The notes below the pieces were generated by a model. The model did no database searches and had not been told where the DNA came from. It saw only the letters and a list, made by a program, of their open reading frames with translations. Position numbers and translations under genes: made by a program. A DNA stretch of 63,994 nt, filler included, from Asterionella formosa (Eukaryota), in the NCBI GenBank assembly GCA_002256025.1. It is 21 parts of 21 records of this genome, joined end to end, with 100 filler letters (N's around TTAATTAATTAA, not from the genome) between each part and the next. Parts side by side here need not be neighbours in the genome. Positions count along the whole stretch, not along the records: positions 1 to 2,967 come from NKIB01014608.1; positions 3,068 to 6,030 come from NKIB01014609.1; positions 6,131 to 9,091 come from NKIB01014610.1; positions 9,192 to 12,151 come from NKIB01014612.1; positions 12,252 to 15,214 come from NKIB01014613.1; 16 more parts are not named here. One strand, given 5' to 3'. Numbering within the stretch: position 1 is the stretch's first letter; each line of letters opens with the position of its first letter. Shown one piece after another: positions 1 to 12,638 of this stretch.

Positions 1-437
1 AAGCCCTTTGGGGCCGACGTGGTACTAGGAATAAATAACCAAAAATTTGATCTCGAACCTGTGTTTGGTCTTATACTACTATGTATATAAAGCCCTCTTT
101 TCCTGGCTGATTTTATTAGCTGAGCCACCGACCAATCACTGCCCGCAACCGTTCCACCTTGTAGATCAAAATTTGATAACCCCACCTTAGGGTGCCGGTG
201 GAGTTTCTCGTACATAGGATATTTACAAAAGGAACAAAGCCGGTTCGTCCATTACATAGTAGTCTTTATCACAGCCCTTCAGGTCAATATATGATATACT
301 TGGAATTGCCGGCTCAAGAGTCATTAGAGCCCTCTATCATAAGCAATACTATAAACCTCTTAATATCTCCACGTACTTTTCGGGTTTTTTGGAGCACGCT
401 TGGGTCATGTAATAAAACCGGTTGTGGAGATATTGTG

Positions 438-483
438 AAACCCTAACCCTAATCCGCCCAAATTTGGGGATAGGGATAGGTTT
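438..483. repeat. Imperfect palindrome containing (CCCTAA)2 telomere-like repeats
   Basis: AAACCCTAACCCTAATCCGCCCAAA followed by TTTGGGGATAGGGATAGGTTT, whose reverse complement is AAACCTATCCCTATCCCCAAA. Confidence 0.5.
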
Positions 484-1109
484 AATGACAACATCGGACA
501 GCAAAAGAAATAGCAAAAGACACCATCCATGTAAAAATTTAGTATAAATACTGGTACACATGTTATACATACATGAAACCATGTAAAATATTTGACAGTG
601 GTGACCAGTAAGAGTAATGCAATGTTGTTAATTAATAAGCCAGCCATGTTAATGAGTGAGAGCATCCCAAGAACCTTCCCATGGTTATAAAAAGTACGAA
701 ATCAAGGAAGATTTGTTATACATTAATTTCAACCTCAAGTGGCTACTATTTGTGGTATGTTGATAAACAAAGTTATATGAAAATCAGTAGTGGGACACAA
801 TCATCGGCAAAATTATGTTGCTTTGATATAAAATGGTGTGGTGACATCAAAGCTATAGAATATTGTGCTAATTGCATGAATGATATAGCTATTGATAGTA
901 ACTTATTGTATACTTCCAGTGATTTGCATAGTGATAGTAACTTATTGCACAATATCTTCCAGTAAATTGAATCATTCCACATCATACATTGGATGCATAT
1001 TGATAGAGATACAGAAGAGTCAGTAGGAAGGATTAGGTGGCTGTGCGGCATTGATATAGAATTGTATACCGACACACCTAATCATGAAGATGGTACTTTT
1101 TGCATGATA

Positions 1110-1950
1110 AATTGATAGTACCTTACTCTATATTATGTGCTAGTGAATTGAGATGTTCAACATAATGAGTTGCTTGAATATTGATGGAGTTATAGGGGAA
1201 TCAGTATAGGGAAACCATCATGACCAAATGGTGTGGTTTTGTTATGAAATTTTATCATATTGACATCATCTGGAAGACAATCCTTGCTTGTTGCATGAAT
1301 GATGTATTGATAGTACCTTATTCTATACTTTGTGCCAGTAAAATGAACGGTTCCTCATGATTTGTTGGTTGAATGTTGATGAAGTTATAGGGGAGTCAGT
1401 ATTGGTAAACCATGATTACCAAATGGTGTGGCTTTATTATAAATGATATAGTGATATCATCTGGAGAATGTTCCTTGCTTGTTGTATTAATTAAGTATTG
1501 ATAGTACCTTATTCTATACTCAGTGCCGATGAATTGAGCCGTTCAACATGGTGTGTTGATTGAATATTGATGAAGTTATAGGGGAATCAGTAATGGTAAA
1601 CCATCATTACCAAATTGTGTGGTTTTGTTATGAAATGATATAGTTACTTCATCTGGAGGATTGTCCTTGTTGCATGAATGATATATTGATGGTAAGTTAT
1701 TCAATACTATAGGCCAGTGATTTGAGAGGTAAAAAAGGTGGGTTGATTGAATATTGATGAAGTTATAGGGGAGTCAGTATTGGTAAACCATTTTTACCAA
1801 ATGGTGTGGTTTTATTATAAATTGATGTAGTGATTTCATCTGGAGGATGTTCCTTGTTGTATTAATTATGTATTGATAGCAACTTATTATATACTCAGTG
1901 CCAATGATTTGAGCCGTTCAACATGGTGTGTTGATTGAATATTGATGAAG
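1110..1950 (+). repeat. Satellite A, ~187-195 bp monomer, about 4.5 copies, more degenerate copies upstream
   Basis: TATAGGGGA landmark recurs at 1191, 1386, 1577 and 1764. Same family in reverse orientation at 59717-60953. Confidence 0.93.
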
Positions 1951-2967
1951 GTAGTATTGTCTGTAAATAAAAAAATCATGAAAATATGATCAAGGGTATC
2001 GTACGCTAAGTGGCACAGGATTTTCACATATATGATAGTTTTTCAATCAAAAATATGATCAATGTATCATATAATTATGATCATGCAGTAAACTTTTACC
2101 AAGCTTGAAGTATGATGAGACTATCATAGTTATAATACCATTGCATCATATAATTACTTAAACATGGTCATATGATGTGTATACTTTTGTCATATATCTA
2201 TCTTAGCATGATCGTAATTCTCATCGATATCACAGTCTAAAATAGGATGAAATTGATCGAAATTTAGAACTATATTTAGCTAAGAATGGTTCTATGATTC
2301 CATCATATCTTAAGTGGCTACAGAATGTTCTACAATGCTCTCATCGCAATGATTGTTGGTGCCGCTTTCACTTCCACCTTCCCCCCAATCCAATTCTGAA
2401 GGTTGTTGTACTGGTTGCCTTGCCGTTGTTCCCCTGCTTGCTTTGTTCCATTTACTCCTGACGGATCTGAGTTTGCATTCACACATTTTCCTATTACTAT
2501 TGAATCCATTTCGTTGTTCCAATCAGCCATACTAACAAAGAGAAGCAATTCATTGTTAGCTGTTCATGTTTTGCTTACACAACAACATGCATTACGCCTC
2601 TATCTTGCTTCACTTACCACAAATTGAGGAAGTAACTGATGCATATTTCTGTAGAAGAATGTGTCAGTCGAAGATTGAACGAGAAGCAAAGTATCGATCA
2701 ATAAATGGGCTCCAACACTGCTGTTTGTAACTTACAAGTACTGTTTGTCTACCATTATCATGAAAGAAGCAACAAATATGTGTCAGCTTTTCTAACAGTT
2801 GTGGATTGATCCAAAGATGGCTGATAGGTAGCACTTACCAATTTCTTTTGTCCACGCACATTGATGGTTGACCAGCCACCAAATCGAAAAGGAGCTGTTG
2901 AATCACTGAAAGGGGACGAGTCATTCCGTATTTGTAATCCCAGCAATTGATCATCTTGGCATTTGCT

Positions 2968-3067
2968 NNNNNNNNNNNNNNNNNNNNNNNNNNNNNNNNN
3001 NNNNNNNNNNNTTAATTAATTAANNNNNNNNNNNNNNNNNNNNNNNNNNNNNNNNNNNNNNNNNNNN
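2968..3067. other. Artificial contig linker (N44-TTAATTAATTAA-N44), first of 20
   Basis: Identical 100-bp spacers with stops in all six frames. Others start at 6031, 9092, 12152, 15215, 18273, 21331, 24388, 27445, 30499, 33550, 36598, 39647, 42695, 45740, 48787, 51831, 54872, 57913, 60954. Intervening contigs shrink from about 2.96 to 2.94 kb. Confidence 0.99.
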
Positions 3068-3423
3068 CGAAAATTTTTGCAAAAGAGTCTTGCTTCCCAT
3101 GTGTTAATGTCCCATTGTAAGATGCGCTTTTCGTTTGTTAGGAAATTTTTCCACCAAAATGACTCTTCCCTTGATACCAGAGGTCGTTTCTTTCATTTTC
3201 GCTTAGCAGATGTTGTTGGATGGCAATTGCTGTTGGACGGCGATTGCTGATTCCCTCTTTCAGATTGAGCTTCGTCCAAATGGAACTGAGAAACCAGCTC
3301 TTTTCGCAACGCAACTGGCAAGGCTGCTGGTAGTTGCCATGACAACCATTGTTGCTTCCATGGCTGCACACACTGTTGATAATGTGCCAGGAAGGTTGAC
3401 AATAGCCTTGGCGGAGTCGTCAT
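3068..3423 (-). pseudogene. Probable PIF/Harbinger-like transposase N-terminal remnant
   Basis: Reads ...KRK*KKRPLVSREESFWWKNFL...EARLFCKNFR to the contig edge. SxWW...F(R)xxFR resembles Harbinger transposase N-termini. In-frame TGA. Confidence 0.45.
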
Positions 3424-4187
3424 ATTACAAATTATTATCATAAAACAAAAATATTAAAAGTAAGAATTATTGTATTAATAATATCTACGGTAAAAATAAT
3501 GACAATAATACTACAATAGAAGTATCGAAGTATCGAATACTTTATCATTAGTATATGTGATAATGATTATATATTGTTTCCGCCATTCTAATTGGTGGAG
3601 ACAATCTTCGTTTGCCCAAAGATTTATCTTCAGGAAACGAAGATTGTTCAAGAAAATAAAAAGATTGGGTTAATATTGGGGATGACCCTCGAAATATTCG
3701 GGCAAACGAAGATTTATCTTCGAGATCGGGGGGATTTGCGAGTTATTTAGCCCGTAAGGGACGAAAATACGAAGATTAAACACCCAACAGGTATCCGGGC
3801 GACTGAATCTTCGTAACTCGGGCACTGTAAGACGGGGCCTTCCGTCTTGTGAAAAATGAGAGAGTTCTTTATCTTGCAAGAAAAACGCGACTTCATGTTG
3901 TTATCGGCGATCTCAATTTTCGTGGTCATTATTAGTGTTATTACTTTATTTCTTTTACGATTGTATTTTCCATGTCGTTCTCAATACAGATAGCACGTAG
4001 CAAAGTGTCGTTCTTTATTTTCGTGGAGATAATTCGTATTTTCGTCATGGTTAAGGTTGCAACAACATAATGAAGGATTCTCCAGCTGCTCACTGCCACT
4101 ACCTGTCATCTCATCTGTTTTCTATGTACAAAAGAATCGCAAAATGGTAGCTAAATATTTATATACTAGTGCCTACGAGGAGAAAAA

Positions 4188-4288
4188 GAATTATAGCACG
4201 TTACTTTGTCTATAACAAGAAAATTATTAGGTGTTTGGTTCCACCTCAAGAAAAATGTATTGGGGGGTCCAGGACAATGAAAAATACG
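4188..4288 (+). repeat. Dispersed repeat, probable DNA transposon end
   Basis: Near-identical reverse-complement copy at 36478-36597 on another contig. Confidence 0.8.
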
Positions 4289-4294
4289 GTATTT

Positions 4295-4488
4295 CAAACG
4301 GAATCATTGATATTCAAAATTAGCGCATAAAAATTCTTAGTTCCAGGGAATTTCGGCAACCCTAAGAATATTGCAAACGGAATCATTGATATTCAAAATT
4401 TACGCATAAAAGTTCTTAGTTCCAGGGAATTTCGGCAAACCCTAAGAAATATTTTAATTTTTGCCTAGGGATTAAAATGCAGGAACCT
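4295..4488 (+). repeat. ~79-bp tandem duplication within a dispersed repeat
   Basis: CAAACGGAATCATTGATATTCAAAATT...CCCTAAGAATATT occurs twice. A third copy with the same downstream sequence lies at about 17156-17267. Confidence 0.85.
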
Positions 4489-5372
4489 TAAGGTTGCGGC
4501 CCCGGATTAACACAAGTTCGGAGAAAATATCTTTAGGGTTGTAAAAATGGCGTGGAACAGGGAGTTTCCTACTATGAATTCTCATGATTCGAGTGTCCAT
4601 TTGAATATTTGAATTAAATAGGAATCGGGGCCAAATTGATGGAGTTCCATTTAAAAAAATTATGATATTTAAATGTTTATACTTTTTCTACGTGACTGAA
4701 TGCAGAGATAATTTTGCTCAACGGCAAAACACTTATATAAATTAGGAGTATGCCAACATGTATTCTCATGGCTCTTGTTTATACGTTCATAATGAATCTA
4801 CGTTGCTGTCTGTAGTTTCAATATCACTCCACTCACAAAGTTATAGACGTGTATGAAAATCAGTGCCGGAGTCCCAGCGTAACGGTATTTTGGGACTTTT
4901 CCCAAACAGGGTTGAAAAAGAGAAAACTATTCGTAAATTCAACTGCCCATTGGCATTTGCACCACAATTGCACCACCGATTGCACCACTATTACTTAGAG
5001 ACACCAAAATTGCACCATCAGACTACCCATTTATAAAATCCGTGCTACGGCCTGCACTACCGTAGTGATATTTTCTACATAGGATCACGATCAGATTCAT
5101 ATAAGATATGTATTTTGTAGTAGCCAACGGCCGTAGGCTACCCGGTACATGCATGTAATGGGACATACCGGTACTAATAAAGTATTGCAAGCATTTTGTA
5201 TCATGTATATAGGTTACTACCGGTAATGTATTTTTAACTACCGGTAAGGCATTCCTTGCTGACGTCATTTTGTCGCTGCACCACATTGCACCACCATAGA
5301 CCTACTGGTACTCGGAGCACCAGGTAGTACATAAGATTGGTTCATCATGATGGAGGACAGGATATACTACCA

Positions 5373-5650
5373 CCCTAACCCTAATCCTAACCCTAATCAT
5401 TATAATAATTTGTAACATTTTTACATGACCATCACTCTGGTAAGTACAACACAGTGCACTTCTACATATTGATATCAAAAGACAAACAACAGGTCTAACA
5501 CATTCATTCTCATAACGGTTTCCATCTATAGGATTAGTCATACTGCGCGCTACAGTTACATGTCCAGCCCTACAAGGGCTGGATGCTCTATAGGGATGAC
5601 GCCTAAAGGCGTCTTCCCTTTGCCCTAACACTAACAGACACTAACCTTAT
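5373..5650. repeat. Element bounded by telomere-like repeats with twin GC-rich hairpins
   Basis: CCCTAACCCTAATCCTAACCCTAA at 5373. Hairpins TCCAGCCC-tacaa-GGGCTGGA and GGGAtGACGCC-taaa-GGCGTCtTCCC at about 5563-5618, then degenerate CCCTAACACTAAC. Confidence 0.5.
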
Positions 5651-5686
5651 TAGAACAGGTGTGTTGATTAATAGATATGGTGAGAT

Positions 5687-6030
5687 CTACGCAGAACAAG
5701 TCTTGTCAATGATACATGACCTGCTGCAGTTGCAAATCAGTGGTGGGCAAACATAAATGCCCTTTATTGTAGCAATATTTACATGCTTCTGTTGGAACTG
5801 TCCCTGCAAAATTATTATTGTCGAAAGATAAAATGGCTATCAAAAAAGTGAAATATTAGAACAAATGGTCAAGAGATGTAAGTTTCAGATAAACAAAACT
5901 TACTCAAGGAAGACATGAGACCAATTTCGATGGGAATTAAACCAGTAAACATATTGGAATGAATCTCAAAATCATTGAGAATTGTCAAATTGCCAATTTC
6001 TGCCGGAAGTACACCAGACAACTGATTAAA
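5687..6030 (-). CDS. Leucine-rich repeat protein, 3' end (plant-type LRR), one intron, apparent 1-nt frameshift near the end
   Basis: FNQLSGVLPAEIGNLTILNDFEIHSNMFTGLIPIEIGLMSSL, then GTAAGT...TAG intron 5903-5837, then TILSFDNNNFAGTVPTEAC. A Cys-rich tail IATIKGIYVCPPLICNCSRSC follows in the +1 frame. Not in the ORF track. Confidence 0.85.
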
Positions 6031-6130
6031 NNNNNNNNNNNNNNNNNNNNNNNNNNNNNNNNNNNNNNNNNNNNTTAATTAATTAANNNNNNNNNNNNNN
6101 NNNNNNNNNNNNNNNNNNNNNNNNNNNNNN

Positions 6131-9091
6131 GATATTGAATATTGTCTGTCAAGATGGGATGATTAAGGAAACATGTAAGCAGAGGTTCATCATCTAATTC
6201 AATTGAAAAAGTAGAAGTGGAAGTTGATGTTGGAGATTTCGGTCCAATATCAATATCATCCTCCACCAAAGACTCAAGCCTCGGGAGGCGAGAGATGGAA
6301 TCTGCAATAGCATTGTCAGTCCCTTTCACATAATGAAAAGTAGGATGGTATTCTTCAATGTAAAGTCGCCATCGTAGAACACGTTGTGTATGTAATGTAT
6401 TATAAATAAGATTTCGATGATCAGTGTGAACATGTAGAACTGCGCCCAATAACATAGAGCGAAATTCTTTGAAAGTTTCTACCACAGAAAGTAATTCTTT
6501 TTCAATAGTAGTATAATTCTTTTGAGCAGCAGATAATTTGCGAGAATAATAAGCAACTGGGAGATCATTTTGCATAATGACCGACCCTAATTGATAATCA
6601 GAGGCATCAGTAAAGATATGAAAAGGGAGATTATGGTCAGGATAACGCATGAGTGTATCTGCAACTAACAATGCTTTCATTTCTTCAAAAGCTTGTTGAT
6701 GGATAGGTAACCAGACAAAGGGACTAGTTCCAATTAAATCCGTAAGTGGTCCAAGAACATGCGATCGTCTAGGAAACATGTCTCGATAGTAAGTAACAGC
6801 ACCGAGAAATGATCGAACTTGTTTAAGATTGGTAGGTGAAGACATATTAATCAATGCTCGGACTTTTTTAGACCAAGGTTTCAGTCCATTAGGAGTTAAC
6901 CAATAGCCTAACCAATCTGTCTCTTGGACGGCCCATTCACACTTAGATGGATTAATTGTAAAACCATTTATCTGTAAACGATGTAAAATAGTGTCCAATA
7001 AATGAAGGTGATCTGAAAAATTCATTGAAAAACAACCCACATCATCAATATAAATTTCCACATCATCTAAATCACTAAGGATCTGTTCCATAGTTTCTTG
7101 TGCAATGTCAGATGATTGTTTCACCCCCATAGGCAGGCGTAAATATTTATATAAACCAAATGGAGTTGAAATAACACACAAGTTTTGACTCTCCACATCC
7201 AATGCAAAAGTATAGTATTGCATGGAAACATCCAATTTGGTGAAAAATACATATCCAGCACGTTTAGTGAGAATAGTTTGTATTCGAGGCAAAGGATATA
7301 TATTGCGATTGATGACTTTATTAAGTTCACGAAAATCTGATACCCATCGGACACTTCCATCCTTTTTTGGAATAATAAAAGTGGGAGATGCCCATTTAGA
7401 AGCACCACATTTTTGTAGGACTCCAATATCACATAATCGTTGTAATTCAGTTTTGAAAACTTCTAAATGAATATGAGCGACCGGATATGCTCGTTGATGA
7501 CGAGGGACAGCATTTGATAATAATTCCAAATGTACCTGTTTGTGAGGATAGACTTTTAATTTGCCATCAAATAATGTTTGATATTTAACCAATATAGATC
7601 GTAAACATGATCGTTGTATTGTTGTCAAATGTATTTGTTTATCCACCACTGTATCAATATTTATATAATTATATTCAGCAGCTTTAATTTCCAGCGCATA
7701 TGAAGATTCCACAATCATAGGTGCATCGAAATATAATAATACATCTTGTAAACGTTCTCTATCATCAAAGAATGTGAGCGGATGCATAGGAACGATCATA
7801 TCCATACAGGACATGGTGTTATTTACGAAATCAATGGTTAAACCAACTTGACGGAGGAAATCACGTCCAAAAATAACATCAAATGTGCATAGACCATTAA
7901 AGACTTGACACTTTTGTTGTAAAATATGAGCGGATCGATTAAATTCTGGTAAAATCAGGTCATATAGCATGACACTGGCATGAGATGAATAAGTACCAGC
8001 TATGGTATGTATTAATTGGGAAGTCTCGTCAGACAAAGAAATACCTTGAGGCATAACCCGTTCATGTATTAAGGATAATGATCCTCCACTATCGAATAAT
8101 ACTCGTAGTATTTTATGTATCGGTATATTATCCACCAATTTTGGCGCTAAAAGGGACATCGGAATCAAATCAATTGATGTTAATATATCCTTAGAAGTAA
8201 AACAAGAAACCGGAATTGGTCCCTGATATGTATGTGGAACATCATGTCCATCAATACAGTTATATATATCCCGCGTTACATTAACAGCGGTATCCATAGT
8301 GTATTCAACCTGTAAATAAACAATATTATTCAGGTGATGACTAACGTGAGATATACTCAACGAGTCATTATAAATAGCATCGCTATTATCGCACATACCT
8401 CTGTAATGGCGATCAGCAATCTGCTGTTGTGTAGTAGGGACAAAAGTCACTAGCTGACCAGCAGGAGGGTTCGTGACCACTGAAATTTCCTGGGCAGATG
8501 TATTCTCGGTAGGATCGGCACGTGGCACGGTACCCCAACCGGATGGATGAGTATTATGACCCCATGCATTTAACATACGAGCATGTGGAACAGGCACAGG
8601 GTTAGCAGTGTCAGTATGATAGCTTTCCGTAGGATTGCTGTGTACACCGCCTCCACGACCACCAAAATGTCCTCGTCTACCGAAACTGGAACGGCCATAT
8701 CCATTATGACGACCAGCCATGCGACCTGCTCGACCACCTTGAGTACGAGGATTCTGGAAACAATTGCCCCAAGTATGTACACCTTCAGGATGTACCGGGC
8801 AAGGACCATGATAATCATGGTACGTACGACTGGCTTGTAGAGCTTGATGACGAACAGTTGCCTGACGATCCCATGCGCGTCCGGCTGCATTGACAACAGC
8901 ACGCGCTCTTCCACGACCACTTGGAGTAAAATTATCCTTATAGAATTGACGACTGACACGCTCGTTTTCTTGATGCATCACACGATTGCCTTCAGCAATG
9001 CGAAGACGGTTCTGTGTGATTGTTTGAAAACTGTTCTTGGGAAGGTGCTTGTTTCGATCCTTAAACGATTGTTGACTCTCGAAGTAAGCGA
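6131..9091 (-). mobile_element. Ty3/Gypsy LTR retrotransposon gag-pol (Gag C-terminus, protease, RT, RNase H), one open frame across the contig
   Basis: Zn-knuckle variant CPVHPEGVHTWGNC, protease LFDSGG, RT KKDGSVRWVSDFRELNK and YIDD, RNase H TDASDYQLG...EKELL...TDH. Order PR-RT-RH. Confidence 0.97.
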
Positions 9092-9193
9092 NNNNNNNNN
9101 NNNNNNNNNNNNNNNNNNNNNNNNNNNNNNNNNNNTTAATTAATTAANNNNNNNNNNNNNNNNNNNNNNNNNNNNNNNNNNNNNNNNNNNNTG

Positions 9194-9418
9194 GAGGCAA
9201 CAAAGAATCGTATGGCATCACAAAAGGTAGATCCCCTGACGGGCAAGTTGCCGTACACCAGTATGTTGCAAACGGTCAAGACTGTATCAGCAAAGGAAGG
9301 ATTCTTTGCTTTATATAACGGTTTCACCCCTTATTACATTCGATGTGGCGGACAAACAGTCGCCATGTTTATCTTTGTTCAGATTCTGAGAGACATTTAC
9401 TCGGATAATTTCATGTGA
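9194..9418 (+). CDS. Mitochondrial carrier (SLC25) 3' end, most like oxoglutarate/dicarboxylate carriers
   Basis: Signature ..EATKNRM and EGFFALYNGFTPYYIR. 5'-truncated by the contig edge. Confidence 0.9.
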   Translation, partial: EATKNRMASQKVDPLTGKLPYTSMLQTVKTVSAKEGFFALYNGFTPYYIRCGGQTVAMFIFVQILRDIYSDNFM

Positions 9419-9490
9419 TCAAGCTCGGAGCCTTCGTGGCTTTGGGGTTGATGGATGGCCTTGAGCACAAGAATTCATGGCGATTTGCAT

Positions 9491-11572
9491 TTATTCATAC
9501 TTTCTTTGATTATTAGCATCCACTGAAATTTGTACATAATCCTCTTTTTTTTGTCTAGATTTAAGAATCTTTTGTAACTCCATTTTCAAGAATATCTCAA
9601 ACTCTCGATGCGAATAAAAGTCAACGCGTCGATATTCTCCATTTTCACCAAATCGAGACACAGATATGGCATCCCGCTCCATACTGACATCAATTGTCAG
9701 ACCTACGCATGTCAGCACAAAATGTGAATGCAAATCAAAGAGAGACAATGGCAACCAATCTGCCGTCATGGTGGCGTCTGCCTGCTGCTGCCGAAGCCAT
9801 GATTTAATTCTTTGAAGGGCAAGGCGTATGTTGCGGTCTAAAATCAGTTTAGCACCAAGTCCCACTGTGGATTGAAGAATACGAGCCGGTGTGGGACCGT
9901 CCTCTTTGGATTTCAAAACGTGCCCAAACGTCTTTTCCAATTTCACTTTCTTTCTGCTCCCAGTACTGGCGATACAATATTTGTGATAAACGTCTTGTGC
10001 GTGCAACAAAAGTGCTCTACAGAGTGCATGCAGCTGTGCAGGAGATTGACTTCCAGATAATGTATCGTTATCATTGCCACCTTGGTTTGGTTCTAGCTCA
10101 GTAGTTGACGCTTCTACCAGTTTGATGGTTAGTGTATACTCGGAATCTAACTGTACCTTGACTTCTCCTTCATGACAATGAATCACACATAATGCCCCTC
10201 GACCCCCAACTGCAGTCCCACCGGCCATGACGCTAGGTGGTGGTAAATAGTTCGTTTCCATGGCACTGGATAACCAAACGACTTTGTTACTGGATAATTC
10301 TGTCCGAATAGATTCGAAGAGGGAAGCACAAAAAAGAGAATGCTGGAGGGCCATTACGACCCTTTCATCATCGGAAGTGTCGGAAGAAATGGATTCTAAG
10401 CAAACCGATTGCCTGAAGCCAGTCGAATCTTTTTCAATGTCCAATTGCAACGTCAACATTGGAACTTTGTCTGGATCAAAATCAATATCCAACTTCCCCA
10501 TTGTGGGATCCAAGACAGCAAATGGTTCTATCTTTGTTCTGGGTTGGCTTGGTTCGTTCATATCCATTTCATTTTCCGTCATTCCTTCCTTTTCCTTCAT
10601 TATGATCGCGTCATCCGCACTACAACTATTACTAGTATCACCCCACCGCCGCTTCCAACTCTGGACATCTCGAGTCAATTGAAAGGTTCCAGGTAATATT
10701 TCCATCACTGCATATCTCGGCACCTTCCTCGCCATCCCCTGATGCGAACTGTTCTGTACACCACCTCCAGTACGATCCCGATCATATACATCAACATCCA
10801 TTGCCACCACTTCAGTTGCTTGGACTGGATGCGGTTTGGCACGAGTCCCATGTTCGGGGGCCACCAATCTCCACCGGGGTCTCAAGTCCATAAATCGTCG
10901 ATCCACCACATGTTGAGCTGCCACCGACGCTGCCAGACGCTCTGTGTGTAGAGCCAATGTCTGCTCGGCTTGTATGAATTGAGCTCGTTTGCGTGAACCC
11001 AGAAACGCGCTCTTACGACGATCTATGCTTTCGTCGTGTTCGCCAGTGATGGCTAGTTTGCTCTGATGGTTGGTAGTGGTGCTGGCTGTGGTGGAATTTT
11101 TGCTGCTGTCCTTGGAGTGTGTGATTTCTAGGAGGTTATAATCAACAACGTTGGATAATCCAAAGAATTCGCCAGCTTGGACGAGACCACTAAGGTTGAT
11201 TGCCTTGCTGAGTTCCGCAATTCCCTTTGCTTGCAGCCGGGCAGATGCGACGGCGAGTGGATGGATGCGGGGCTCTGTCGCTTCTTCTTTTTTTGTATTC
11301 TTGTCTTCCTCTTCTTCCTCCACAGCAGAGGCTTCTACATTCAGTAGATTGTGTCTAGCAATCGACCGCTGCAAAAAGACGGAACGCTCCTGAACGGTTG
11401 GTTCGGGGAGGTAAATGAAGCGACCATCTTGTAGAATATGAGATGGCGGGAAGGGGTGTCCCAATGAGTTCACGCCATGTTGCTTCTTCATATCCTGAGC
11501 TACTAATCTTGATGTTGCCTTCCTGGCTTCTGATGAATCAGTTGATGCTGTTGATAGTGACTGTAACATCAT
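9491..11572 (-). CDS. MED17: Mediator complex subunit 17-like protein
   Basis: ~693-aa ORF from the likely ATG at 11572. FMDLRPRWRL and LQHSLFCASLFESIRTE resemble conserved Med17 blocks. Recognised by eye, no search run. Confidence 0.65.
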   Translation of the reverse strand: MMLQSLSTASTDSSEARKATSRLVAQDMKKQHGVNSLGHPFPPSHILQDGRFIYLPEPTVQERSVFLQRSIARHNLLNVEASAVEEEEEDKNTKKEEATEPRIHPLAVASARLQAKGIAELSKAINLSGLVQAGEFFGLSNVVDYNLLEITHSKDSSKNSTTASTTTNHQSKLAITGEHDESIDRRKSAFLGSRKRAQFIQAEQTLALHTERLAASVAAQHVVDRRFMDLRPRWRLVAPEHGTRAKPHPVQATEVVAMDVDVYDRDRTGGGVQNSSHQGMARKVPRYAVMEILPGTFQLTRDVQSWKRRWGDTSNSCSADDAIIMKEKEGMTENEMDMNEPSQPRTKIEPFAVLDPTMGKLDIDFDPDKVPMLTLQLDIEKDSTGFRQSVCLESISSDTSDDERVVMALQHSLFCASLFESIRTELSSNKVVWLSSAMETNYLPPPSVMAGGTAVGGRGALCVIHCHEGEVKVQLDSEYTLTIKLVEASTTELEPNQGGNDNDTLSGSQSPAQLHALCRALLLHAQDVYHKYCIASTGSRKKVKLEKTFGHVLKSKEDGPTPARILQSTVGLGAKLILDRNIRLALQRIKSWLRQQQADATMTADWLPLSLFDLHSHFVLTCVGLTIDVSMERDAISVSRFGENGEYRRVDFYSHREFEIFLKMELQKILKSRQKKEDYVQISVDANNQRKYE

Positions 11573-12638
11573 GGCACACGTCACATCAGTTATGTCAAAA
11601 AAAATCTGAATTTCCGGTACATAAAAAATCCTGATTGTGCCTGAAACTTCATAAAATGCCAATACCGAATACAGCTGCATGCAAAAAATCTTGTTCGTTA
11701 TTGATCTGCTATATAATAATAATTGTTATCATTCATGTAACTAACATATATTTAGTAAAAGGTAAAATACATACCGGTTGTAAAAGAAACATGCACACCG
11801 GTAAACAATACAACTCCATTTAGCGGTTACCTGGCACTGGTAATGGTACAGGCACCTGGTATCATGGCGGGCTGAGGATAATTTGACATTTATCCTGGTG
11901 CTAGTACTGTTTATTATTATTATTTTTTTTTCACCTGTATGTACACTGTTTATTACATAGAGTCGTCCTATCATGTTAGATTTGAAGTACCTGGTAGTTT
12001 CATTGATTTACACATAATTAAATATATATTGTTTCAGGAAAATAATTCCTTTTACCGTTTCTGGTTTTAATTTATTATTATACCGATAAATCCTTCCATG
12101 ACAACAAAGAGTTGTATGCACATGCGTAGCTACCAGCGACAACGACAACGANNNNNNNNNNNNNNNNNNNNNNNNNNNNNNNNNNNNNNNNNNNNTTAAT
12201 TAATTAANNNNNNNNNNNNNNNNNNNNNNNNNNNNNNNNNNNNNNNNNNNNTCTTTCGACTAAAAATATTTATGTAATTGAACGATCAAAACTTGACGCA
12301 AGTAAAAAGCTTATGTTAGACAATGCTCTATTGCCATACTACCGGTATTAAGGAATCAGTTTTTATTCAGTGTATGTAGCCATGAAGAAATAATTTTTCC
12401 AAAGTCACTAAGATTATTGCGTAGCGGTGGCTTAGTACAGTGCACATTTTTCTTTATGTACATGAATATATTTTCCCCCAAAACCGTGTTTATTTTTACT
12501 CCGTTAATTCTACAAAAATTATTTTCTTATTACTTTACAATTTACACTTTTGCATGGCAGCATCATCGTTGGAGAATTCTTCTGATGCATTACATTGATC
12601 TCGAGCTTCTTTGCATCCAATTACTTGCTTGTGGAGTC

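Noticed and set aside
1..30. Helitron 3' end (GCCC-tttg-GGGC hairpin then CTAG)
   Set aside because: The stem is only 4 bp, CTAG is followed by G rather than T, and the window edge hides the context.
1110..1950. Satellites or the 33728 minisatellite as CRISPR arrays
   Set aside because: Whole units repeat with no unique spacers, the context is eukaryotic, and there are no cas genes.
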